A stretch of DNA of 64,000 bases from Pavona decussata. Taxonomy: Eukaryota. The stretch spans positions 682,001 to 746,000 of the forward strand of contig CDRNST010000034.1 of the NCBI GenBank assembly GCA_977016875.1, given 5' to 3'. Positions 49,084 through 62,418 of the stretch are shown here, piece by piece (position 1 is the stretch's first letter; each line of letters starts with the position of its first letter). The position numbers and the translations under genes are program-made. Under the pieces are notes generated by a model. The model was not told the DNA's origin. It ran no database searches and was given only the letters and a program-made list of their open reading frames with translations.

Positions 49084-50941
49084 TAGATTTTATACCAGTC
49101 TTTTCTTTAAAGCCAATGCGCCTTTTGAAGATGTAGATTTTAAAGGGTCTTTCTTGGACACAATTGATAATTTATTCCATTATATATCGTGTAAAAAACA
49201 CATTAGAAAGCTGTATTAATCTCACCATTGGTAAATGGCGCGCAAAATTTTCATAAATATTGCTTATTTTCTCAGGGATACCGGCAAATATTTCACCATA
49301 AAAAGAAAAAATTAATATCGTTTGGTATACACCGAGCCTTTAGGAAGTTGTATACAAAAATGATATCATTTTCCTGTGAAATGTTTCGGTAAAGATTTTT
49401 TTGTACTGAACGTCATTAAGCGTATGCCTGGATCATACTAGGAGCCGTTTAGTAAACGAATTTCCAAAACAAAAAGAAACTTCTGAGGTCATGTCGTTTT
49501 TTTGGATTTGCATGTGCTGCCTGAGCGATAAACATTATAAACTTCGCCGCACTTGAGTTTTCTTGTTTGTTCCAGTGTTATTTTAAAAGTTCAAAATTCA
49601 GTTGCTTTCTTTTACGAAAGTGACCTGTACTTGTTATATTTGAGAACATTTTCAGCCAAAGAAGATTTTCAGGGTTTAGGGAAGTGGCAGAAGCGTTTCG
49701 AAAGTGATCCAGCATACAATTTCAACATCTTGATTGGCTGAAGGAAAGGGCGCACGAATTTTCCGCTCTAAAAAAAGGCATTGAATAATGCCCTGTCTTT
49801 CATAGAAATGACGAGCTCTGATTGGTCAGTGGAGAATGTTTATAGGTATAACTATGGACGATTATTATTATTATTATTGACATTAAATGAAAAATTATTG
49901 CGAAATTCAAGGACTTCATATTCCTCACATTTAGTACAATCTTGTCTCCATTTATTGAGATCTCTATTCTGTGTCAAACATATAACCGTTCATATGTTAT
50001 AAATCAGCCCGTGTTCACATCGCTCGCCATCTCACTCGTTCATCCGCGGAGCGTCTGCTGATGATGGAGACAACAAACGAATCTCCATCCTGTTCATTAC
50101 AGCCAAGCTCCGAATTGTGAAAACGAGTATGCTACAGCAGTTACACAGGCTACACTTCAGGCTACACGGTCTTCTCAATTGATCTGGAGCTTGCCGCTGA
50201 GCTCTCCTTAAACTTCCCTGCGTGCGTAAAGTTTTCTGTAGGTTGCCTCTCTGTAATTTACCGTTTGGAGTCCAATCCACTGGTGACTAATGTTTAGTAT
50301 ATCCTTTCCTGGACATGCATGATCCATTTTACCATGAGTGCCAGAGGCTTTTCTTTCGTTTTATTCTGAGAGAGTGAGAGAAGCGGCCGCGCCGCGAGAG
50401 CCTGTCGCCCTGGCCCTTTCGTGGCTTGCTTTTGTGGCTTCGCTACGAACAACCACTCAACAACAAAAAAACCCTAGGGTAGATTGGTATTTAACTCCCT
50501 TCCGTGAATGTCAGCTCAAGAAGATCCTTATTTGATCGTTATTCGAGGACGGCCCTTAGAAGCATTTTTGCTCAAATGTGCGGTGCCAAGGAATAATTCT
50601 CTTGGCCCTTATCCCGCAAGGCTGGAAGAGCGCTAAGTAGAATGCTCTAATGTGCGACGCTTGGTGCCTCGTCAGCAGTTACTAGAGGGAAGAGGAGAAT
50701 CAGATGCACGCGAAGAGTCGCAGGAATGGCGATGCTAGAACCTGCCACACAGGTTAATACGAAATCAATCTAGAGTGTTCGCTAAATAGCTTGTGGAACG
50801 TTTCCGCAAAGGCAAAGTTAAGACTTCGCCTGAGTCATAGTGAATGAACACGAGCGGCTCCACCACATACCTTTGCCACCCGTGCGAACAACCCAACGGC
50901 TAGCTTAAACGGGCTAGCCAAAACAAGGCAGACGAATCACA

Positions 50942-51089
50942 NNNNNNNNNNNNNNNNNNNNNNNNNNNNNNNNNNNNNNNNNNNNNNNNNNNNNNNNNNN
51001 NNNNNNNNNNNNNNNNNNNNNNNNNNNNNNNNNNNNNNNNNNNNNNNNNNNNNNNNNNNNNNNNNNNNNNNNNNNNNNNNNNNNNNNNN
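50942..51089. other. Assembly gap (N run)
   Basis: 148 consecutive Ns. Confidence 0.99.
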
Positions 51090-51414
51090 TCAGCATAGCT
51101 GGTTTAAATGGAGATCTTTATAAAATAATAAGAATAAATAATTAAATATAGAAATAAAGGCAAAAATCATTCAAAGAGTTTATGAAGGTGAGAAATTAAC
51201 TAAGGTGATTTAGATGTTTCTTGACCACAAAACTCCTCCCTACAAGTGGATCTTGCACTCAGTCCAATTGGGTACATGTCAGAAATCCTCGATAGTCTGG
51301 GATTTTGTGACACATACTGAAAACCAGGCTTCAAGACTATACTTATGACCATTTGTACAGACAGCCAGTTAGACCGTAGTTTAATTATGTCAATTACAAA
51401 TAAAAAAATTGAAT

Positions 51415-51930
51415 TTATTTCCCCCAAGTCAAGACCACCGGTTGATCAACAGACAAATGCTGTTTACAAGATTCCATGCCCCGACTGTTCGTGGAGTTAT
51501 ATTGGAGACACTGGGAGGTGCTTAAGAACATAATAGAAATGTGACAAAAGCCTTTATGAAAGGTTACAACATTGCAACACACGCATGGCTGAATGACCAC
51601 TCCACAGAACAGGGCTCACGTTATCGACGAGGGAAATTTCCGCGTCAGAAAAACACCAGAATCCTGGCATACGCCAATCACAAGTGAAGCAGACAATAAT
51701 GCGAAACAATTACCCAGACAACACTCTATTTTATTATGAGCTTCAGTCCAGCATTTTATTCCCACTAAGAATTTTAATTGTTTTTATAATAATTTTTTTC
51801 GTTTTCACACTTTTAGCTGTATATATTTCATGTTCGCGCGTTTTATTCATCACTTCTCAAAGATTGCAGACTGGCAATCGAAAGCTCGAACTTTTAACCA
51901 GAGAACGCTTTAAATTATTATGTCTTACCC
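51415..51930 (+). mobile_element. Penelope-like retroelement GIY-YIG endonuclease fragment and 3' tail
   Basis: TNAVYKIPCPDCSWSYIGDTGRCL (GIY-YIG), then NIATHAWLNDH and ESWH, with stops. Confidence 0.8.
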
Positions 51931-53020
51931 AGGTCACTCGTCCATTGTTCAATAAAATAGTACTGAAATCAGCGTCTCATCTGTGTGTGTGGTGAAAATC
52001 AAGTACACAAATTGTTTTTAAAACCATTACAGAGGAGACAAGACGTCTAGGCCGCAAAACTTGTTTAATCAAAAATAACATCAATCTGAATGTCTCTTTG
52101 ACGGGGGAAGGCGGAACAAGAAGATCACTAGAAGGAGTTGAAAACACAAGATTTGTCTCATTTTAAAGCCTTCTTTTTCAAAACTGTCTGGTGTAGTCCG
52201 CCCCCTGACCCACCTTACAAGTCACGCCGAATGAAAATCAGAAAACTGAAAGATGATGAGATATCAAACGTCGCATAATGAGAAAATCTAAAGCTGTTTA
52301 AACCTGTTTATAGATGACAGTAAACGGTTGCGACGTCTTTATGTGATTTTGAACATTTGTTTTGATAAACCAGTTCCAGAACAGTTTCGGTGGAACCAGT
52401 TCCGAAAAGACAGACTATAAATAATGAAATTGTATACACCTGTTGCATGTGGAAGGCGGAGGACCCTGGCTAGTTCAAGTAAGGGAATACTCCCCCCCCC
52501 CTCCCTCTCCGCACTCAGTAAATCTTACCACTACACATGCGAGAAACAGAGACTTAGGATGGTGCAGACTGCAACAATTTCAAGACCTTTTAAAAAAAAA
52601 AATCCCTAATCCTTGACTTTGTATTTTTAAAGCCATATTTAGCTATTGATCCAGAGATTATCGTCATATCCTTCCGGAAAAGTCAATAAGAACTTTTCTC
52701 ACCAGTGTGTTTTGACTTCGTTTTCTCTAGCTCGCTCTAAGATCATTTTAAGTTGATGTTTTATGTTACATGTGAAACAGTCTCTTATCAGTGTTGATGC
52801 AGACAGTGAAGAGTTTAGTCAATATGCGTGACACGTCCGGTAATATCATGGATTGAATTTCCGCCAAAATCAATACGCATTGATTGGGTTATTTCAATGA
52901 CGTCATGACATGTGTGACTGAAAGTGACAACTCGCGCGACAAACTGGTGTTGAGAACACACATCGGAGACGCTTTCGCGAAATGGTCACGGTTAGCTAAA
53001 GGACGACGATTGCTCGCAAC

Positions 53021-56000
53021 ATGGAGGTGTACGAGGCCAAGTACGACTATTGCGATGATTGCGGGGATGGCTTACTTCGTTTTAAGAAAGGAGACAGATT
53101 TGTGGTCACCTACAAAGCGGATGGAGGCTGGTGGGCCGCGCAAAATTTGTCGAGTAACGAAATTGGATACATCCCTTCATCGTTTGTTGAGGTACATATC
53201 AGTTTGTGTTTTCTTATTTTATCTGCGCGTCTTGTTGAAATATTGGATTTTCTCAGGAAGTATTTACTTTGTTTGAAATACAAATTTAAAGATAAGGTTT
53301 CGGTTTTGCGGTTGTGGCACTGGTAGCACAAATAATTAAGGGTGCCGATGTTGTAATTTTCTACTATTCGTTCCATTGTCATTCCTTAAAGGTTGTTAAC
53401 TCTTCAAACAACATACAAAGATTGATGATGGTTTCTTGTAACATGAATCCAGTTAATGTTTTCAGTGCAAGGCTACTCTCCTCTTCAATTACCGCATATT
53501 TCCTTAAACCGAAGAAAATTTCCTCCGGGAAAAGATGCATGTTAAAATCACGAGATAAAAATAGTAACTTCCGCCTAGCATCTACATAAGCTTGCCTTCA
53601 TGAAAATTTCTGGAACTTTTCCAGTTCGGCGAGTAGTTTTCGTGTCTGGGGAATTAATGGTGAAAAAAATTCGTTTCTGCTCTGCGGCTTAAAACGTTAT
53701 ACATAGTATTGGTCACGGAGTGACGCTTCAGTAGAAGTGAGGGCTTTTCCACGATCATAGTGATAAACAAAAAATAACAATCCCTCAACAACAATCCTTA
53801 TACCTCCAAACCACTATGTTGAAATACAATGAGAGTGTTTTGTACAATCGATCATGAAATACGCAAAAGATAAGGTTTGACATCCGTGATGCAAGTCTTC
53901 GCTTCTTGGGGGTCAGGCGATCATCAGTTGGTGTTAAATTGCCTAGCCGCGGGGGTAAGGAAATTGAGTGCTTACTCTCAACAATCCAAAAGCTGTGGAC
54001 GTAGCACGCTGTTGCGAGTTTATCCAATTGATTCACGTGTAGGTATGCTTTTAATTCTTGCTTTTAAGTATTTAGTTTGCGATAAGGATTTGCTTATTGT
54101 GAAATGATTGTCGAAGGGATCTCAATGTTTACAGAGTGCGGTGTTCGGACTGTGAAGACTACCATACCAAAAATTTTATGTGCGACTCGCTTTGTAGGAA
54201 GATGACCGTTTTGTTTTAAGGTTACAAGGAGTTGTTGTTTTTGGTGGGCTACAACGGTGGCGACTCAAGAAAAAAAGAATCTCTCGTGTTGAACTGTCCA
54301 AAGGATTATATTTTTAATAGGAGCAATTAGGACGTAATTTCTGTGGAAAGAGCTCTTTATATTGTTTTGACGTCGCTTTTATATTGGAAGGCCGGGGAAT
54401 AACGCTGAATAATTCATTAAAAAAATTCGTGAAGCATTTGAATACGAAAAAAAAAAAAAAAATTACCCCATTAAAGATATTTTAGACTCTTTAGAGTACA
54501 GTTACAACAGTTTATCTTTAATTTCTCCCGCTCCCATTCAAAGAATGTATTGCGACTGAAATCGGAAACCTTAAAATCTTTCTAGGTTATCTACCCTTTC
54601 TACTTCAGTTCTGACATCGTAAGGTGTAATATTTTAATATTTCAAGGCTTAAAGCATGTGAATTGCATATTTATCAGGGTTGTCATCGAGTTCAAAACGA
54701 GGAGCCACCGCAACCGATATATCTCTCAGTCAGTGATAGGCCTTTTCTAGCTTTCTCATCCAGGCATAGCAGTAGCGTCATGGTTCGCTAATGCTAGTTG
54801 GGTTTTCGCGGAGTCTTTTTGTATACGATTTCTCGGCACTTTTAATCCTTTTTATGCTTGATAAAATTCACGCGTCTTGTATTTACACAACAATAAAAAC
54901 CCGAACCACAAGGTTGCCAAATTAGGAATCGAGCCCAGTGCTTCACGCGTAATTTCCTCCAAGCTATGCACAATCGTCGGTTGCTCAATCGCCAGTTATA
55001 GCAACTGACTGGAATAGAAAGGAAGTGCTACAAAACATTGCAACGGAACAGGATTTCTCCACATTTTCGAGGTCAGTTGGGTAGTAGCAGTTAACGTGAT
55101 TAGATTTTAGCGACTGGAAGTGATGTTATTGGAGAGAAGAAGCGCTCGACGCTTTTTGTTTACAGGTGTAATATGGCGTTCTGTCTTTTTGGGAGCGACC
55201 GTTTTACTGGTACTGCTTGGCATTTAAAGTTCAGAACTTTCACACAGAATCAAAGTTTGAATGGTTAAGTAGTATAAAGTGGTATTAGTTAGGCGAAAAT
55301 GTTTCGTCGAGCCTATCAAAATAGAAAGAGCATGCTTAAATCTGCGCTCTCACGTCATGTCGGTCACTCGCAAATTTGTGTTGGGATAAGCTTAATTTTG
55401 CCTTGCTCAATGTTTATTTATAAATTTCACATTCCATTTCACCAACCTCTTCTTGCAGAGTGAGATTTACTTTGTACCCGGTAAGAGCTGTATTTGTGAA
55501 TTTTAAAGTCTTTTGTTTGTGTTCTGAAAATTTAATTGACAAAAGAGCTGTCAGCGACGGGTTTTTCTCATTTTTTTCGCTGGAAAGTTTTTCTTTAGTC
55601 AGTATCGCTGAGTCTGGCTTCAAATTTCGTTTACACTAGTGACAAGGCGTTTAAAAAAAGGCGGATAAATTTTTTGCTGTTTTTCTCTTAAACCTTCTTG
55701 TGGCGATAATTCTGCTAATCGTTGCTTTGTTGTGTAAATGTACATTCGTCTTGTTCTGATTTAGCTTTTATTTGTAAGCATCATGTCGCGGTTTTCGAAT
55801 TTGAATTTTCGAAAAGATGTTAGCTCTTATGTCAACAGCCATGTTGTTCTTCATACAAGACTTTCAAATGTTTCATTCTCCCGTATAACGCACAAATTTA
55901 CGACACTATATTCACCAGCAACAACGCACGGTTACTGTAAAACAACATGTGAAAAGCTAAACATCAGACAATTTGTCTTGTTTGATAGTGTATGTAGATT

Positions 56001-59000
56001 TAATACGGCTCGACGCCTCTCTAGATTTTCCTGATTACATTGTAAATCCATGTTTATGTCACACAGATATCTCAACATGGTATCTAGAATACCCTTCTAC
56101 CTGTCAGTCTTTTCAGCTGTATTCAACAGAAACTAATTCGTTATCCCAGAAGGGCGTGTAATGTGCTTTCAAAATCTCAACAAGCTTTGTCTGATAAACA
56201 TAGCATTTCATAATATAACGAAAGCACTGGACAGTTGTCACATCATCATATGGTAATTTTTGCATAATTTGAAAAATAATTTTTAGTTATTTTGGGAAAC
56301 AAGTAACGTTTTTAATGTGAAGGAGTAGCAATGTTATGTGAATATCCTTGGCTCTTTTAATTATTTTTCGCATAAAGTTGTAAACCAGATATTGTATATT
56401 GATGTACGTGATTTTCCTCTTCCCATCCATATGTGAAGAGGTCATATGATGTGATCATGGGTTTCTGTAAGATCCCTGGCACAATAAATTATTGTTTCTT
56501 CCAGGAGGCAATCTGATTGACTGATTTTAGCAAACCAGTTTCAAATAAGTCCTTAGTTGTACATTAATGTCATTCTCAACTTTGGTTTCTCTTCAATAGT
56601 CAGTAAGCATTTACTGGTCTTAGTTAGTCCATAGTTCACCTTAAATTATCCATGTGAGAGAAGTGCAGTGTTTGAAAAGACAGTTTTCAATAGAGAGATT
56701 TAGCGTTGTATATCCTCAATAGAATTAGTAAATCAGGTTTCATTAAGATTTTGAACAGTTTGGCAAGAGATTAGTGCACTTGGGCTTGGATAGTTAACTT
56801 GGATATCGATATGGTCTTTTATTGACAAAATTGATTGAGGTGTTAAAAGCAGCTGGGGGAAGTTGTGTTTCGCCTAGAAACAGAAACAGAAAATGGTGAC
56901 TAACAAATGTAAATTTGGAGGACGATTGTTTGCCATAAACATGATGCTCAATCTCTGTAATTATAGATGTTCTGACAATGCTGCCAAATTCTGAACCTTT
57001 TGGAGTTTTAAGTTGGTTTGCTGATGGATGTAGCCCATTGCCAAATTCTGAACCTTTTTGGAATTAAAATTGAAAATTATTTTTCAGTGGTACAATGATT
57101 GTACTATTCGGTTGTGGAGGTTTGCAGGTGTGCATTTTATGTTTTTATGCTGCTGTTTCAAGCGAGGTTGAGCTGTTGGACTGCTGTGTAGCTTGCACAA
57201 CCTGCTGTGCTGTTGCTGTACCAAACCGCCATTTCTGCATGTGACTGGATTTGCTTGTTCACGGTTTGAAACAGCATGTTCAAAAGCTTTCTGCTGAATC
57301 AAGGTTTACTGACTTTAGCAGCACATGACAGTCAAACTTTGTTTAAAACGGGTCAAAGTTTGCTATCAGTTTTACAGTTTGTAACTTGAGATCCATTTTC
57401 CTGTTCTCTGTATCTTTTAATCTTCGGTGTGTGTCGTGGTCTAATCTAATTTTTTGATTGAAAAAGTTCAAACCAGTTTACATGAAATTTTTATTTTCTT
57501 TTAGATCAGACAAAGGAAAATTAAAATTGGATTGTTTTGAAAAATTTTAAACCAAAAACAAATTTTAAACATGATATGTATAGAATTAAGGGGGGAGGAT
57601 GTTGATCTTGTATTAAAATCAATGCTGCTCCTTAAGAATTGCTTTGTATGATCTGGAAAAAGAATTGTAAATTAAACAATTCAAGGATGTTAGCACTAAT
57701 TTTCTTGTGCATCCCTAGTACACACAGAATTTGTGTCACAATGGTGATTTACTTCATGCCGACTGAGTGTATGTACTGAGGAAATAAAATTTACAGTACA
57801 ATGTTAAAGGGCTTTAAATATTTCTCTTTTTCTACCTACACATTATTAAATTTCACAGATACTGTGGCTGTGGAGGGTTTTCAAATGCCCTGTAAAAGAT
57901 ATTTATCTTATACTTAGATATACATGGAAAGCATTAGTTCCATCAACCTAATAAAATAAAATTTAGTACAGAAACCTTGTCTACAGTTATTCATCAGAAC
58001 ATTTTTACAGTAACAATCATGGAGACCCTATAACGTAACAAGAGCCAATTTTGTAACATCAGGTTATTCTCGTACTCACTTTTTTTTCCAAACAAATGAC
58101 TCTCCAGTTTTTTTTTTAGTTAATCACCATGGACCTAACTTTTACAAAAAATATATGAAAAATTTAATTATCAAGGAATAGAAGATATGTGGAGAATGTT
58201 CGCCTCCAAGATGAAACAGTGTTCTCCACCAGTCACGTTTGGTTTTAAAGGATTTATTGAACTAATTTGATCTCGAGTTAGTCACAGTTTCTCAACTCAC
58301 ATGCATTCAATAAAGTAACAATTTGACACTAGTTACTTTTCGTACGGGACAAAGCATCTTGGATCACGTAGCGATCATGTTCCTTCGAATCACACCACAA
58401 ACGATCATATTTCACAATAAAAACAATAAATCAAATGCTAAAATAATCAAATTTCACACAATCCACAAAATTATTAGCTTCAGTCTCCAACAGATATTTG
58501 TGACATCCTTGTTGATTATCTTATATGCCAAGTAGCACTGAGAATTCTAAATTTACCATTGAAACTAGTTAAACTAAATTGCCCACCCCTATAACAGATA
58601 TTTTAGTATTTTGCCCCATCCTATGACACTAACAACAGTGATGTTGCAGCCAGGTTACTACCCACATAAACTTTCTGTCTTGTCCTGTATGCTTAATCCT
58701 TTAAAATCCAATGTTGTTTATTGAAATAGCTGTATTATTATAAACTTTATTTTTAATTACAAAAGTGATTGGTTCACCAGTTAGTTAGAAACTTTGATTT
58801 GCCCAACAACACCGCTTTTGGGATCACATTAACTAATTCTATGACAACTGCTGGTAACTCAGACTTTTCTGAAATGATAACTAGTGTGAAAAACAAGCAT
58901 AAAAATCCCTCCGAGCAATTTTCACATTCAGACATTATGGTTTTAATCTTTACCTAAGCCTGAAAAATTTGTTTGTTTCACTTTTGTTTTTCAGTGTGTT

Positions 59001-59115
59001 GCAACAGTTGATCCTCTGACTTTAGACCACATGGATGCGTCAACAAAACAAGAGAAGATAAAAATGGATGCCTTGTGTGAGCTTACCGCGAAGATACAAC
59101 AAAATCCACAACCAG
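53021..59115 (+). CDS. N-terminal SH3-domain protein, 5' exons (candidates: NCKIPSD/SPIN90-like or PI3K p85-like); probably continues beyond the right edge
   Basis: Exon 1 53021-53191 encodes a complete SH3 (YEAKYDY...LRFKKGDRF...GWWAA...GYIPSSFVE) and ends at GAG|GTAC. Putative exon 2 58995-59115 (ttgtttttcag|CVATVDPLTLDHMDASTKQEKIKMDALCELTAKIQQNPQP-G|GTAATT) is in matching phase. Orthology cannot be fixed from the SH3 alone. Confidence 0.75.
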
Positions 59116-59283
59116 GTAATTTAGCATAATTATTTGGAGTTAGATTTTGAAAGTGTAAACAAGACCTTGTATACAAATGTTTGACATTTACTGCTTGAGA
59201 GGTCCATATAGGGAAAAATTGTACAATTGCTCCTGGATCCAGTCAGATTGTATGAATCACAGGACACCATCTACTTGCATGTA

Positions 59284-59845
59284 CAGTCAACTCTCTCATA
59301 GCCACCACTTCTCGTAAGCGACCACCTCCCGTTAGCGACCTCTTTGTAAACAACTGTTTTGTTTCTCAGTGAAATACTGTTTCAAGAGCTCTCTCGTAAG
59401 CGACCACCACTCAAATTTCTTAAGGGACGGCGACCACTTTTTAGGCCAGAAAATTGACACATTCTTTTGTTTTCTGTTTCTGGTAAGTGACCACCCAACA
59501 TAATCACATATGATCATTAGTAAATCATTACTCAGAAGTAACAAAAGTTCTATTTTTAATGACGCAGTTTACAATTTTACAGTTTACAGACAGAGAAGAT
59601 GGCTTTAATTAGATCTGTAGGTAAACAGGAATTTTTACAGTGATCTGTACCAAAATGTTATGCAATGTTTTGTCAGAAGAATGAATAGATGTGAAAAAAT
59701 CAAATAAATTAGTTTTTATTTGCCTAATTTTAGCTGCTAAAGTAATTAAGTAATCAATCCAGTATTAAGCTTATTTTGCTGATCTTTCCCGTAAGCGACC
59801 ACTTTGTCGTGCCCCAAGGGTGGTCGCTTACGAGAGAGTTGACTG
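59284..59845. mobile_element. Tc1/mariner-type MITE (TA|CAGTCAACTCTC TIRs)
   Basis: TA-CAGTCAACTCTCTC ... GAGAGAGTTGACTG-TA with internal taagcgaccac repeats. Related termini occur at ~30278-30465 and ~29530-29700. Confidence 0.8.
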
Positions 59846-60743
59846 TACTCAGAAACAAAGTAAAATTCTTTGTCATCAGTTGTTCCCTCTTTGGCTTGAT
59901 TGTCATCATAAGTTATCTTCAGGTTACTTGTTTTATTTTTGGGCCAGATTATCCCTTCTCCCCTCCTTCCCCCCCTCCCCCTCCTTAACAACCTCACAAG
60001 TATAAATAAAGCTTACAACTGCACTTCAGGAGATCTACAGGAGGAAATATTGTTTTATGTTTATTCTAGCAAGCCACTTGACACAGTGGCAATTAAAGCT
60101 GAAAAATGTCTGTATTCTACTTACCGGTATCTGTGACTGCAAGCCTCAGATTGCATTATTACATTATTTCATTTTGTGTTATAAAGGAGACAAATTTTTG
60201 TTCTCTTGGAATATGAGATATTTGATGATTCCAGAGTTTTTTTCAGATAGTATGAATATGAATATTTATTATGTGATATATTTTCTGGTCATTTGTTGAA
60301 AGGCCGTTTATGTGACCAGTCAAAATGACTGGCAAACTGATCAGACAAATTATTTATTGTCATCCTGACTGGACATTGTCTGTTCACTTGCCATTATTTT
60401 GAGCTTTGATACAGGCAATGCGATATGGAAGGCGGAATGGTGCAAAATTCAAGGAATCAAAATCGCTTCCAACATCAACAACCAACCTGCAGTTCAACAT
60501 TTTCTTTCTAGATCAACAATAAAATCCGTCCAACTTCAACAGCAAATACAATAACCAACAACGAAAGTAAGTCAACACCAACAACAATTCCTCTCATCTT
60601 CAACAACGGATCACCTCAAAACCCTCATCGAACAGAGTCTCAACTTCAACAACGCAAAACTCGTTCAACAATTTGGGGACGAGCGACTGGCTATGGTCGG
60701 GGGAGGTTGGGACCGATAAAATCTATCGTACGGGAAATAGAAG

Positions 60744-62418
60744 ATGGCGGCCGGCGGAGCTGCTAGCCATAGTAACGGATGGGACTTGTTTTTTATAGAT
60801 TTGGAACAGCTAGTCTAAGATTATGAGCAATTGAAAGCGTCAAACTTTACTACAAACTATTCATTAGACGAAACTCTTCTTGAAAGGTTTGAAAATGCTG
60901 TCCAAGCTTTACGAAACGTGCTTCCTCATGTCCATCATTCACATTCAGTTGCTGCTATATTGTCAGAAATACACACAATCTCCAGCTAATGTACTGGGAC
61001 TATATTTGTCATGGTTATTTTCCTTGTCGCTCGAGATGCTCTCGAGTAGCAGTTTCGTCATTTAATTTACCAGAAAGTGTTAAAACCGGGCATCCAGGAA
61101 GACCCAAGTTTGATAGTGACTTGATATACATGAGGAAACTCTACTTTTTTTTTCAGCTGAGGTCACTGGGCTTTAACTAGAATGAAATAGCTCGAATGTT
61201 ATTGGTATCACGCTGGACAATTCAGTGCAGAGTGGCTGAGTTTGGACAAGAGCATTTGTCAAAATTTGACGAAATTAGTGATGATGAGGTGGACCAAAAA
61301 GTGATGATGAGGTGGACCAAAAAGAACCAGAGAATCGAACGGCCCTGGCGTGATGTCTTTCGTTGTGTGGCCCACATTTTTTGGTAGGCGTCGGTCAGAC
61401 ATTGTTAGACTGATGCTGTTCTAAATTGTAAACTATAGCCTTGATGTGGGGTGCAGGAATTGTACAGCATGATTATAATTTTTGCACACGAGGATGTTGC
61501 ATCAGCTTCGTTTGTCTTGCAACATCTTAAACCTAAGTATAGATTTTGATTGGCCAGAAGTATTTACTTGAGTACAGTGCTGTGATTTTACTATAGCTAG
61601 TAATATAACATATACTTCTGTAGTTTAGTCTCAAACCACACGTGCTTGATTGCATTTTAACATCAGTTCGTAGAGCTAGCAACATTGGCAACTTTAGCAA
61701 CTTGTTTTATATCCCTCCCATCCCACCCGGGAGTAGTTTTATCACTTTTATATACAACAGCCGGGTTTTGTTATTATATCATTGTTAATAATTTTTCCCT
61801 GTTTTAGTAGTTTGTGGAGTAGTTTTTATATTATATTTTTGTTTGAATTATTTGTTGTACTTTTTTAAGGAAGAAAGAATTAGTTACTTATTAATAAAGG
61901 CTGTCTTGCATTTCACATCTTGCGTACTTATTGTGCTATATAATTTAGACTACACATTGCAGGTAATGGGAGAGAATGGTTTATTGAATATGGATAACCC
62001 AATTCATAAATCAGCTCTGCATTATGTGTTTCTACCCCATATAAACAGAGGTATTACAAGTTTTAAAATAGCATGGAATAACCATCCTCTTAGAACTGAG
62101 CACAACTGGAGCCCACAGAGAATCTGGTCCAATGGTATGGTTGATATCACAAACCGTACTTTGACTGCAGTAGCAGAAATCGCTGAGGCGGACCCAGATG
62201 TTGATGATTTAAAGTGGTATGGATTTGATCCAGCTGCACCTACACCAATGGATCAAGAATTACCCACAGTGGAAGTTGATGATGCCACTCTTCTTTCAGA
62301 TCGTATCTTAGACCAGCTATGTACTATGGTTAATCCACTACAAGAATCAAATCGTTATGGAATTGATATACACTCACATTGCCTTACTACTCTTCAAGGT
62401 CTAGTTACTAATGAGTAA
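60744..62418 (+). pseudogene. Decayed, internally deleted integrase-core (IS3/IS481-like DDE) transposase, likely inside an intron of the SH3 gene
   Basis: Motifs GHPGRPKFD, LRSLGFN*NEIARMLLVSRWTI (HTH), NQRIERPWRDVFRCV and ALHYVFLPHINRGITSFKIAWNNHPLRTEHNWSPQRIW. Contains stops and frameshifts; the segment that normally carries the first catalytic Asp residues appears missing; ~565-nt interruption at 61384-61948. Confidence 0.75.

Noticed and set aside
50914-51096. 60-aa ORF in the track
   Set aside because: It spans the N gap and is an artefact.
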